64,000 nt of DNA, from NCBI GenBank assembly GCA_051599415.1, contig AP039692.1, positions 558,001 to 622,000 of the forward strand. Reading direction: 5' to 3'. Below the pieces are notes generated by a model. It made no database searches, was not told the origin of the DNA, and saw only the letters and a list, made by a program, of their open reading frames with translations. The stretch is from Savitreella phatthalungensis. Taxonomy: Eukaryota. This document shows positions 1 through 10,311 of the stretch, piece after piece. Every line of letters starts with the position of its first letter. Positions within the stretch are counted from its first letter, which is position 1. The position numbers were made by a program, and so were the translations under genes.

Positions 1-3000
1 GTCTTCGGCGATGGAGGTCGCTAGAGCTGCTGGAGTGAGGTCGGACTCAAGACGCACGCGGATGGGAAACACGTTGAACAATGGTGCTACCATTTCCTCA
101 CTGCCAGAGACCTTGATTGTTCGACCTGAGACAATAGTGGCGAAACATACATCGGCCGCTTGCGTGAGATGTGCGAGGGTAGACGCCCACGCGAGCTTCA
201 AGATGGTTTGAAGGTCAGTTCCCCTGCTCCTGATTTGGGCAGTGACTGTGTCAAGAGAAGACGCCAATACGTGTGAGTGAATGTATGTCTTGCGGTCGCG
301 AGACTCGGAGATTGCAGGGAACGGTGAGGGCGTGAAGTTGTCAAAGTACGACGACCAGTGACCTGATGGTCTGTTGTGTTGACTCTCGAAGATGGTGCGG
401 AAGACCGGCTCAAGAGCAGGTCTGTCAAGCTGGGCATCAGGGTCGTAGTAGAGCCTGTCGAGGTCATCGAGCAGCAGATCTAGAGACCAACCGTCGAAGA
501 CGGCATGGTGAAGGGCGATATTGAGTTTGACGTTTGATTGTGATTGGAAGAGCGCGAAAACGACAGTCTGCTTTGCGAGGTCGATAGCTTTTGCAGCTTT
601 CGCCTGAACGATCTCGAGCTCGGTGTTTTCTGAGATGTCAGCGTCAATCCAGACGGGCGTGGAGTCATGACGACAAATTTGAACATAGCTGATTAGATCG
701 TGCTGTAGGCTTGCGAAGACGGTGCGTAGCATTGGTGTTTGTTCGACAAGAACTGCAACCGCGTGACGCAGTCTGGAGACATTGACGTCGTTGCACAGGG
801 TGAGGATAGCATGCTCAACATATGAGCACTCGCCATCACGCTGCGATTCGAGCAGGATGCCCTCTTGGAGGGGTGTGCACGGTAGGATGTGCTGAGCATC
901 TTCCACATTCAGCTCTCCGAGGATATCCTGCCGCTGACTATCGATAGCTTTGGTGAAGTTGTCCCAGGCCGAGCTATCGCTGGCTTGCATCGCTGAAGAG
1001 TCTTGGTCATCGGTCGGGTTCAGAGACTTTGCGATGGCATCGGCAGATTGGAGTCTAACGAGGTGGGATACTGGCCGTTCACCCAGTCCCGCGCTTTTCA
1101 GTCGAGCGCTGAGTTTGATGGCAGAGATAGAGTCTAGGCCGAGATCTCTGAGTGTCGTGGTCGGAGTCAGGGTGCCGGGATCGACACTCGCCACTTCTGC
1201 AATCACTTCAGCTACTTTGCGCGATTGATCCGTCCAATCTGATGGCGATGAGCTGCCGTTGAGCGTAGAACTTGAAGACGATGACGTTGCTTGTGCTAAG
1301 AGCTCCTTGAGCTTGCGTTCGTCCAGTTTGAAAGAAGACGTGTGCGGGGTCGGTTCGTCTAGGACGACGATTCGCGCAGGCTGCATGTACTCAGGAAGGG
1401 CATGTCTGAGCTTAGCTTCGCATGTCTGTGAAGTCACGGTTTCCCCGTGGACGAAAGCATAGAGAGCACCTTCGTGCATGATGGTGGCGGCATCCGTGAC
1501 TGCATCAATCTTTCGAAGTGTCGACGAGATTTCACCGAGCTCGATCCGGTGGCCACGAATTTTGACCTGACTATCCTTGCGGTGAGAGTAGAGCATCTCA
1601 CCATCAGGCAGAAGACGAATATAGTCTCCTGAGCGGTAAATACGACCGAACATCTCGTGGGAGACGAAAGCGGCGTCCGTCTTGGCATCGTCGTGGAGAT
1701 AGCCTTGGATGACTTGGGAGCCGCCGATCCAGCAATCGCCAACAGCTAGTAATGGCAGCGGCGCTTGATCATCGTTGAGGACAAAGACAGTGGTTGTGTC
1801 GAGAGGCGGACCGAGTGACGGAGGATGCATTTTTGACGACGTGATGTGCTTGAGATTGCAGACGTTGGTCGTCTCTGTGGGGCCATATCCTTCGAAGAGC
1901 TGGCAAGAATCACCAAAGGTGGCAAAGATTGCTGGGGTTGCAGCTTCGCCTGCGATGACGATGGATTTGACCGATGGAATTGCATCTGCTGATTTTACGA
2001 GAGACAGCGCTGTCGGCGTCAGATTCAGATGGTTGATGTTCCAAGCGCTGGTAGTCTGCGTCAAGTCTGCAACGATAAGATCACGATCGGCCGAAACGAT
2101 TGTCAGACCATGACAAAATGCGGCCCATATGTCAAAGATCGACACGTCGAACGCTGGCGAGGCAAATTGCAGAATACGATCTCCAGAAGCCATCGGTAAC
2201 GTACGTGCCATACTGTCAATGTTGCTGAGCAGAGTTGATTGGAGACATGCGCAAGCTTTCGGTACACCTGTTGTGCCAGAGGTCATGATCACGTACGCAA
2301 GCTCGTTGTCGTGTGACGGACGAGCACACTTCGGAGATTGTTGCGGAAGGTCGTCGATGCAGATCGTGGTGCACGAGAAGAGATGCTTGTGTTGTGTATG
2401 AGTCAGGACCTGTGTGACCTGGGTCTGATTAATGATGACGGCAATCCGATCGCGCGGTGTGGTAGGCTCGATGAAGAGGTATGCTGCATTGGCCTTGTGA
2501 ACAGCAAGCAAAGCGGCGTAGAGCTCCGGTGAACGAGACAGGCACACTGCAATGACCTTACTATTGTGCTGGAGATGTGGCCAGAATCGATCAGAGACGT
2601 TGTCGAGATCACGGTATGTAAAATGACGAAAGTCATCGAAAGTATCTCTGAACTCGAGCGCAATGTCATCTGCGTGGGTCTCGAGTAGCTTGGCAAAACG
2701 AGCGAGCGTGTGCCCCGTGCTCCGTTTGAATCGGCGATCAAAGACAGCAACCAGGTGATTGGGCATCTGCACAAGCTCGCTGATGTGGTCGACCGTGCCG
2801 CTCAATAGCCGCATCAGCATGTGGTCGATTTGAGCGAGAAGAGTGGCAGCGGCGGACTCACTGACGAGTGCTCGCGACGCTTGCAGACGCAGGAAAAGAC
2901 CTTCTGGTGTACGGTCTAGGAGCAAGACGACTTTGAATTCGAGACGATCGATTTCATCGACGAGCTTGACGTGAACGAGGTCGTGACTGTCAACGCCAGA

Positions 3001-6000
3001 CTTTTGGTAGATGAACAGGGTGTCCGGTGGGGTATCGAGCATGCGGACGACATCCCTGTATGACAGAGCTTTGGAGATGGCGGCGCGGTTGAGCTGGCGA
3101 AGACGCTTGCATGCTTCAGGAACAGTGACATTCGCTAGATCGACGGCAGTCAGGAAAGTGGAGATGAAAGGTCCTGCTGCGTGCTCGATTCCATTGGCTG
3201 CGTGCTGTCTGCCGGATGTTGTGACTGCGAATGATGGATCCGACTCCCCTGTGATGTAAGTGAGCGCTGTTGACCATGCCAGCTGACCAAGCACCTGAGG
3301 ATCAATAGACAAGGCCGCACAGCGCTCGTCTAGCTGATCAAGTGTGATTTGACTCTGGAAAGAATTTCGGACGACGCGCTCATCTTCGGCTGTGGTGGCG
3401 AGCAGGGGGAAGCCTGCATGATGTGCCTGCTCAGTGATACTCTTCCAGAACTCTCTCGACGACTCCTGTGGCTTCTGAACCGGAACATCGCGGAACGCCA
3501 CCGGCTGCGGCAGAGATTTGCCACTTATGAGAGTATCGAGATCATTCAGCAGAATTTCTAGCGTCCATGCGTCATAGAGAGCGTGGTGGAGCATGATAAT
3601 GACGATGGGTGTGTCATTCACGACATCGAGGCAGTGTACCTTGAACGGTGGCTCATGAAGATTGCTTACTGAGAGCACGTGTTGCTGGCGATGGCGATCG
3701 ATGATCGTGTCAGTCTCGTCTGCACGACAAAATTGTGTTTCAAGATCAACTTTGTGCACTTCAGGCTCGTAGATGAGCTGCACGAAGTCAACATCGGACG
3801 AGTCCGGCGAGGTGCAAAATCCGGTCCGGAGGACCTCGTGACGATTGACGAGGGCGACCATCGCGTCCTGCAGGCGTTCCAGTGCGGCGTCGACCTTGAT
3901 GACGATACTGTTGTAGTATGCAAGACCTCGAGGGTCGTTCAGTGTCGTGGCGAGCATGGCAGATTGAGTCGATGAGCAAGCAGCAAAGGATGTGCGGTCG
4001 CCATACTGTTCCGACAAGGCCCGGATGACGGCTGCTGGTAGATCGTCGAGACTGTATTGTGCCTCCGATTCAGGAGGCAATCGCTGCTGAGTGGCAGCAT
4101 AGATCGCTTTGGCGGTATCAGCTTCGAGGATAGCAACGACCGATATGGGGGTGCCAGCTTCACGTAGCCGGGACGCAATTCGCATTGCACCAAGGGAGTC
4201 GAGTCCGAGAGATGCGAGGGACTGTGACGAAGAGACTGATCGACCTAGAGCTTCGCTGATCGTCGCTCTGATAGTCACGAGGTCCTCAGAGTCCTCAGTG
4301 TCGTCGGCTTGCGCATCTCGGGAGAAGTGTTCGCCTGCAATGGCTAAGAGAGCCTTGCGATCAGTCTTGCCGGCCGATGAAGTGGGAATGCGGTCGAGCT
4401 GAATGACGGACGGACGGATATTGTATGGAAGTTTGGGCAGCTTGAGTGTACCAGGATCTGCCGACGTTGCGGCGACGAGGAACGCAAGGACGCGGTCGTC
4501 CTTGAATTCAACATGACACGCTTTGACGTCAGGATGCTGCTGTATGATAGCAGCGAGCTCACCGAGCTCGACTCGCTGCCCATGGATTTTGACTTGGCTA
4601 TCGCCCTGCTTGCGGCCGGCGAAGAAGACCTGACCGTCAACGATACGAGCAAGATCGCCAGTACGGTACCACCGTGAGCCATCGCACGTGAGATCGATGA
4701 ATGCAGAGACATTGAGATCGTCTCGTTTTAGGTATCCCAATGACACTTGCGCGCCGCCTATACACAGCTCGCCGAGGGAGCCTTCAGGTAAGATCTCCTG
4801 TGATTCAGGCTTGGTGATGAGAAGGGAACACGAGGATAGTGGAGGTCCAACACAGCTGACGTTAAATGCGCCACTTTCAGGGGCTGGAACTCGAGCATAG
4901 CTGGCGTGTAAGGTGGCTTCCGTGGGTCCGTAAGCGTTCCACAATTTGCCTGCAAAGTTTGTGGCGACCCGTGCAGTCAATTTCTCGCCGATGCTGATCA
5001 TGCCCTTGATGGAGGCAAGACGTGGGTCGTCGGCTGGTGGGAGGAGACCTGCAACTGAAGGCGTGAGCTCAAGGCATTCGATACGTGCAGACTCGATGAG
5101 AGCTGACAGGTCGTCCATCAGCAGTGCACGATCTGCAGAGACGAGAGTGAAGGCGCCGCGGAAAGCTGAGAAGATTTCGAAGATGGAAATATCGAAAGTA
5201 GGGTTGGCGAACTGGAGCATCCGCGTACCAGCCGTACATCCGATCTCGTTGAAGAGGTCGTCGTGCGCTGCAATAGAAGTACTGCCCGCTCGATGACCGA
5301 TCATCACACCTTTTGGCTGACCAGTCGACCCGGATGTGTACATCACGTATGCTAGATCGTCGAGGGCAATGGACGGTGGCGATAACGCCAGGAGAGCCTT
5401 CTGTTCGAGATTCAGATCGATCTCAAGCAGTTCCACATCTTCTGGCAGCTGCGTACTATCACTACCGAAAGCCACGGCACAACCGGCGTCCTTACATACA
5501 TAATCGATGCGCTCGGCGGGTGTGTTGACAAGAAGCGGACAGAAGGCATTGCCACTCTTGAGGACTGCGAGAAGGGCGACGTAGAGTTGGATGCTCTGCG
5601 GAAGTACCACCAGAACGGTCTGCTTAGTGATTGTCTTCTTGAGTAGGACTGCTGCATAATGGTCCGATAGAGCGTGCAGCCGTGCATTTGAGATCTGTTG
5701 AGGAGCCGAATGCAGGTCGCTGTAGTATTCGATCGCCGGGTGTTTCTGGTCTGAACCATGTGGCAGAAGCTCGTGAAAGAGTGCTGTACATGGTTCAGAT
5801 CGACTCGGGATGATGCAGGTTTTCAAAGGGGTTTCGGTGGCCTTGTCTAGAATCTGCTTCGCGAGGGTTCGTGCAAACGTCTTTGTAATGATCGCTGTGT
5901 CAAAGCAAATGGATAGGGTCTGCTGAGAGAGACTGGCAATGAGTTGTAGCCCGTCTCGAGACGCTCGCTGCTGCTGCTGCTCATGTAGTGAATGGTAGGT

Positions 6001-6273
6001 GATCAGGATTCGTGGCGTACCTATAGCTGTCTCGATCGTTTGTGCTCCCGAGTCAGCCAAGCGCAGAGTATAAGTATTGTCATGGCCGTCGCCAAAGATG
6101 AAATCACCGTCTTGGTCATTTGCGTCACCAGTGATGGATGCAAGGACTGTTGCCGCAGCATGTACAAAGCTCTTCTCGATGTCCTCGTGATTTCTCACAT
6201 CGATTGAGACTGTCGCGTAGACTGGATCCTGATTGCCATGAGGCCTGAGGGGTAGCAGACAAGGGATAGACAT
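1..6273 (-). CDS. Non-ribosomal peptide synthetase, probably ferrichrome-type siderophore synthetase (Sib1/SidC/NPS2-like); 3' end runs off the window
   Basis: Manual minus-strand translation from ATG at 6273 (MSIPCLLPL..., in-frame stop upstream). A1 motif LAYVMYTSGSTGQPKG (~5310-5350), T1 LGLDSL (~4200), C1 HHALYD (~3580), A2 LAYVIMTSGTTGVPKA (~2260-2300), T2 LGLDSI (~1135), C2 HHAVFDG (~500). The A1 and A2 motifs were checked as in frame with the ATG. Confidence 0.9.
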   Translation of the reverse strand, partial: MSIPCLLPLRPHGNQDPVYATVSIDVRNHEDIEKSFVHAAATVLASITGDANDQDGDFIFGDGHDNTYTLRLADSGAQTIETAIGTPRILITYHSLHEQQQQRASRDGLQLIASLSQQTLSICFDTAIITKTFARTLAKQILDKATETPLKTCIIPSRSEPCTALFHELLPHGSDQKHPAIEYYSDLHSAPQQISNARLHALSDHYAAVLLKKTITKQTVLVVLPQSIQLYVALLAVLKSGNAFCPLLVNTPAERIDYVCKDAGCAVAFGSDSTQLPEDVELLEIDLNLEQKALLALSPPSIALDDLAYVMYTSGSTGQPKGVMIGHRAGSTSIAAHDDLFNEIGCTAGTRMLQFANPTFDISIFEIFSAFRGAFTLVSADRALLMDDLSALIESARIECLELTPSVAGLLPPADDPRLASIKGMISIGEKLTARVATNFAGKLWNAYGPTEATLHASYARVPAPESGAFNVSCVGPPLSSCSLLITKPESQEILPEGSLGELCIGGAQVSLGYLKRDDLNVSAFIDLTCDGSRWYRTGDLARIVDGQVFFAGRKQGDSQVKIHGQRVELGELAAIIQQHPDVKACHVEFKDDRVLAFLVAATSADPGTLKLPKLPYNIRPSVIQLDRIPTSSAGKTDRKALLAIAGEHFSRDAQADDTEDSEDLVTIRATISEALGRSVSSSQSLASLGLDSLGAMRIASRLREAGTPISVVAILEADTAKAIYAATQQRLPPESEAQYSLDDLPAAVIRALSEQYGDRTSFAACSSTQSAMLATTLNDPRGLAYYNSIVIKVDAALERLQDAMVALVNRHEVLRTGFCTSPDSSDVDFVQLIYEPEVHKVDLETQFCRADETDTIIDRHRQQHVLSVSNLHEPPFKVHCLDVVNDTPIVIIMLHHALYDAWTLEILLNDLDTLISGKSLPQPVAFRDVPVQKPQESSREFWKSITEQAHHAGFPLLATTAEDERVVRNSFQSQITLDQLDERCAALSIDPQVLGQLAWSTALTYITGESDPSFAVTTSGRQHAANGIEHAAGPFISTFLTAVDLANVTVPEACKRLRQLNRAAISKALSYRDVVRMLDTPPDTLFIYQKSGVDSHDLVHVKLVDEIDRLEFKVVLLLDRTPEGLFLRLQASRALVSESAAATLLAQIDHMLMRLLSGTVDHISELVQMPNHLVAVFDRRFKRSTGHTLARFAKLLETHADDIALEFRDTFDDFRHFTYRDLDNVSDRFWPHLQHNSKVIAVCLSRSPELYAALLAVHKANAAYLFIEPTTPRDRIAVIINQTQVTQVLTHTQHKHLFSCTTICIDDLPQQSPKCARPSHDNELAYVIMTSGTTGVPKACACLQSTLLSNIDSMARTLPMASGDRILQFASPAFDVSIFDIWAAFCHGLTIVSADRDLIVADLTQTTSAWNINHLNLTPTALSLVKSADAIPSVKSIVIAGEAATPAIFATFGDSCQLFEGYGPTETTNVCNLKHITSSKMHPPSLGPPLDTTTVFVLNDDQAPLPLLAVGDCWIGGSQVIQGYLHDDAKTDAAFVSHEMFGRIYRSGDYIRLLPDGEMLYSHRKDSQVKIRGHRIELGEISSTLRKIDAVTDAATIMHEGALYAFVHGETVTSQTCEAKLRHALPEYMQPARIVVLDEPTPHTSSFKLDERKLKELLAQATSSSSSSTLNGSSSPSDWTDQSRKVAEVIAEVASVDPGTLTPTTTLRDLGLDSISAIKLSARLKSAGLGERPVSHLVRLQSADAIAKSLNPTDDQDSSAMQASDSSAWDNFTKAIDSQRQDILGELNVEDAQHILPCTPLQEGILLESQRDGECSYVEHAILTLCNDVNVSRLRHAVAVLVEQTPMLRTVFASLQHDLISYVQICRHDSTPVWIDADISENTELEIVQAKAAKAIDLAKQTVVFALFQSQSNVKLNIALHHAVFDGWSLDLLLDDLDRLYYDPDAQLDRPALEPVFRTIFESQHNRPSGHWSSYFDNFTPSPFPAISESRDRKTYIHSHVLASSLDTVTAQIRSRGTDLQTILKLAWASTLAHLTQAADVCFATIVSGRTIKVSGSEEMVAPLFNVFPIRVRLESDLTPAALATSIAED

Positions 6274-6483
6274 GTCTTGTAATGATCACTGACTGTACAG
6301 TGTATATATACGGGTACTTGAAGGTCGTGAGATCGGGAGTATTTACGTGGTTGAACCGTGTTACATGGACATCAGAAGACGCATCAGATGGGTAGAAATG
6401 TGGTCGGGAATGGTTCAGGGAACGAGACGTTTCGTTTGTTCCGATGGGATCGCTGATGGGTAATGATTAGGGGTGATGAGCGG

Positions 6484-6492
6484 CTATCTGAT
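6484..6492 (-). promoter_or_regulatory. Candidate iron-responsive GATA box (ATCAGATAG) upstream of the NRPS
   Basis: One mismatch to the SreA/Fep1-type consensus ATCWGATAA, about 210 bp upstream of the NRPS ATG. Confidence 0.4.
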
Positions 6493-7686
6493 GGTAGAGT
6501 TGTAAATGGCGCCGATCCTTCCCAAGATATTTTGTAGCGACTCAGGTGATGTGCTCACTTGTGCAGATGTGATCGATGTGGCCTATGTGACTTAGGAATG
6601 AAAGAGAGAATGTGCGGAAAGGTCGTAGAGTCACCTTGGATGTTGTAGTAGCGTAGAAGAATCTGTTGTGTAGGGAGTATATGCCATATACTGTACGTCA
6701 TATACATGTATTGCCTGGTCTGGTAAAAAGTGCATGTGCATCCACAAAATTTGAACAGAAGTGCTTGATTGATTGCATGATCGATATTGAACAATTAAGC
6801 GGCTGCAGAGCTATAGCCAGCAACTGCGTTTGGCTATGAAGAGTTAAAAAGAGAGTAAATCCAGCTAGTCGAATGGGATCGACGCGCCATCTCTGGCTCT
6901 CCTAATTTTTTTTGTCTTCGTCTAGCTCCATGCAGACATATGATCATTTACACTTTCAATTGTGTTTGAAAGTTGGAGTCCGGTAGGTTGGTAAGCGATG
7001 TGGGTCTGGAGGAATTCATTTCAGTTTGACAGGCCATAGTAGATACCCAGATAGAACTTCTAACTGGTCGTAGTGGAAGAAGCAAATCCCGAGGAATACA
7101 GGCAGCTGAACTAATCCGCGGAATACCCGTATATCAACTAACATTTATACGTGCATACATGTCGTTTTCTTCGTTTGCATCGGCACGTATTGTCTGTCCG
7201 TAATCAGAGTTCCCAAGCATCATTCCATCACATATGGTTGCACACATACAGTATTTGCGCGTAACTCTACTTCACAGTCTACAAAGCACGTAAGCACAGA
7301 TCACATGAGCTATCGATGCATGCAGGGAATATTATAAGCATTCTCATTCAGGGTAATTCTGTCCATGAGACAGATGGTCTCGTTGGTCAAACTATAGATT
7401 AATCGACCTGAGTCAACCAGACAACAAGATCATCCTCCTTGGTAGGTGAAATTGTAGAAAGATGTCAACCACTAGAGAGATATTAGTATGACAGAATCTT
7501 AGTTATTCTGTAGATCTGTTATTCTGTGCTCTTGGTCGGTGATACTCCCTCAGATCACGATGAAAAGGTGGTAGTAATACTTGGTGGTTGAAGTAAGCAA
7601 TGATCGTGGTAAATGGTTGACTTGGAAAAACAAGGAGCGAAACGATGTTGTTGATGATGATGTTACACTGAGTATTCTCTGCACCT

Positions 7687-8763
7687 TTACAGCCGAGTAC
7701 TCGGAACGGTAGAGAAGATGATGGTCAGAATGCCTGCGATGAGGAGGACGAGTGCGAGGACCCATAGACTCCTACGTGCGAGCAGTGATCGGACATAAGG
7801 TTCCTTGATCCTGACGAAGCTCCCGAATGTCATCTCGGAGAGTCCTAGGAGGGCGAGCACGGGGTCGAGCTGGTACTCGTATGCAAGACATCCGTACGCG
7901 CCGACGAAGAACGGGAGCAAGGTCCATACCCGAGTCGCCCGAGAATAGTCCAGGAAGATCAGCGCAAAGCCGGTCCAGAATGCGCCTAGCAAGGCCAGTA
8001 GACCAATGACGAGCCTGACAATCGCCGACGAAGGTACCAAGTTCCCTAGCGCACGTGCGCGGAGGAATCCTGGGAACGCCTCACGTTCCATCGCCTGGAA
8101 GATGTAGTCGCGAGCCTCGTCAAAGACTTCCGGATCATCTCGCCCGTCAACTTCGATCGCTTGTGCAATCGACTGAGTGATGTGCTGCGGCAGGGCAATC
8201 TCCCGCTCTGCTCCCTGGATTAAATATGCGTACAGGATTCTTTCTGCAGACGCACGGATGTCTCGCCGATTGATCGTGTGCTCCGGCGAGATGTGACCTG
8301 CGCCAGCCGCAGCCGTTGCACCTTCAGACAGGTACGATTGTCGTGCTTGTCTGTAGTCGTACGAATGCTCTGAAACATTGTCCTGGTCAGCAGCATCCAA
8401 CCCTTCTGATGGCTTCTCACGCACGTCACGAAGGTAAGGCGAAAGGTCCTGGTCTGATCTGTCGTTGAATCTGCCCATCTCCTCGTGTACCGCGCTGGCA
8501 GGGAAGGTTGGCGAACGACCGCGCATGGCTGACGTTGGTCTCTCGCCATCTGGTGTGTCCATGAGCACCGACCGTCTGAGCTCGCGCACATACAGCCGGC
8601 AGAGCGCGAGATGTTGGGAGATGTCGAGAAAGCAGTCAAGGTAGTCGACACTCCGCTGCTGGTCGCGCATATAGATGTAGAAAGCATAGAGGTCGACGGG
8701 CGCCTGCGTCCGCCGTGCAAGGACCTCGATCAAGGTAGGCAATCTGTTCTCCGAGGAGGTCAT
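7687..8763 (-). CDS. RAX1: Bud-site selection protein Rax1 (RGS-like domain plus C-terminal TM helices)
   Basis: N-terminal RLPTLIEVLARRTQAPVDLYAFYIYMRDQQRSVDYLD, internal GRDDPEVFDEA, hydrophobic C-terminal helices. Confidence 0.9.
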   Translation of the reverse strand: MTSSENRLPTLIEVLARRTQAPVDLYAFYIYMRDQQRSVDYLDCFLDISQHLALCRLYVRELRRSVLMDTPDGERPTSAMRGRSPTFPASAVHEEMGRFNDRSDQDLSPYLRDVREKPSEGLDAADQDNVSEHSYDYRQARQSYLSEGATAAAGAGHISPEHTINRRDIRASAERILYAYLIQGAEREIALPQHITQSIAQAIEVDGRDDPEVFDEARDYIFQAMEREAFPGFLRARALGNLVPSSAIVRLVIGLLALLGAFWTGFALIFLDYSRATRVWTLLPFFVGAYGCLAYEYQLDPVLALLGLSEMTFGSFVRIKEPYVRSLLARRSLWVLALVLLIAGILTIIFSTVPSTRL

Positions 8764-9310
8764 GATGCAGTTGCTGGTAGTTTAAAGATTACTGTTGTCG
8801 CGCTGGAAAGCAATAAGAGCGTCTGCTCAAGTGAACGAAGTACGTCCTTGGACGAGAAGGCGATTCAATAATCGGAAGGGGCTTTGGGTAGGCGAGCTGA
8901 TGAAAAGGCGCGCGCCTTGTTGTGAAAAGAGTGTCTATGCAGCTGGCGCGGGAGGAAGATTATCGAATGATCGGATGCTTCGTTCTGATACGATTATTCC
9001 GATGACCTGCAGATTCTGTCACCCGAGTCTTGGGACGTGACAAGTGTACACAAGGTTGTGCGTGCGATAAAGTGGGAATAAGGTGGGAGTGGCGTGCACC
9101 GGGTGAGCGACAACAATAGAACTTAGTCTATGCTTGTACGTGAATGTAGAATATCGGTCGGAATGATGACGATTGTCGTCAGTGCGCTTGCACGCGTGCG
9201 TAAGAGTGTGTGTATCGTTCGGTATGGATGTGTCTGTGCGCGTCTGCGTCTCTGATGTGATTGTTCGTGATGATGAGTGACTCTTGACTGTGGCTAGCTC
9301 TAGCTTTTTG

Positions 9311-9352
9311 CCAGTGTATGTGTATGTGTGTATGTGAGTGAGTGTGAGTGTA
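9311..9352. repeat. Imperfect (TG)n / TGAG microsatellite
   Basis: gtgtatgtgtatgtgtgtatgtgagtgagtgtgagtgtag upstream of RAX1. Confidence 0.7.
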
Positions 9353-10311
9353 GATGGTTTGTTTGCTTTCCGATGTAGGAGAGGCTGTATCCTCAGGCTG
9401 TAGCTCCAAGCAGTCTGTAAATCAACTTTGCAACTGGACAGAATTCTGAGGACAAGATGAATTGATTTGCCCTAAACAGACTGAGTCAGGCCAAATTTTG
9501 AATAAGATTGAATCTCTTTAGATGGTCTTGTTTTCTCCTTGGTTCGAGTTCAGGTTCTGAGCCTGGTGCATATATTGTTCGCATATGCAAAGAATGGAAG
9601 ACTATCTCAATTGGCCGGTACCATCTATTCAGGGCAGGTGAATTTGTACTCAATTATTTTAGATGTATAAACTTCTTCACTCGAATCCTAGGCCTCTGGC
9701 AATGTTTCTTTAAACAGACCTCATAAGATATCGAGATCTCGAGTACGGTTCGGAAGATTTTCCTCCTGAGCTCAAGCCAATCATTCATTTACTCAAGCAG
9801 CCAACCATCGAATTGTGTCTGACTCTGTACAGATTGAGCATTTCGTACTCGAGTCTGAGACTGACCCCGAGGCGCCAGTCATATACTTCATTTCATGATG
9901 CGTCATAGCCAATGTAATGTATGATACACCGGCCCTTATACGCGTATGGATGAGTCCTGCAGCATAGAGAGCAGGTGAACATCGTATGAAGGCTGAGCAT
10001 CTCGTCAAAGACATATGCATGTGCAGTAAATAGATGGTGATATGCTGATCTGCAACAAGAACGTGCTTCGCTCGATGCACAGATGTGTTTGAGTCTGTTT
10101 GCCCATACATGACCTGATCTCCTGCATGCCGGCGATCAAGTTAGGCACTTTCATCACGTCACAGTTCAGTAAGATCAATGGCATGAAATGCAGAAGGGAC
10201 ACTCTCAAGGTCATAAGATCGACATTTGCCTCTTTCGTTTCTTCTCTTCTCCTCTCTTCTCTTCTCTTGTCTGCTCTCCTCTCTTTTATCCTTCTCGCAA
10301 CTCCATCTGCC

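Noticed and set aside
11..6207. Many short ORFs in the track
   Set aside because: Off-frame or antisense shadows of the single NRPS reading frame.
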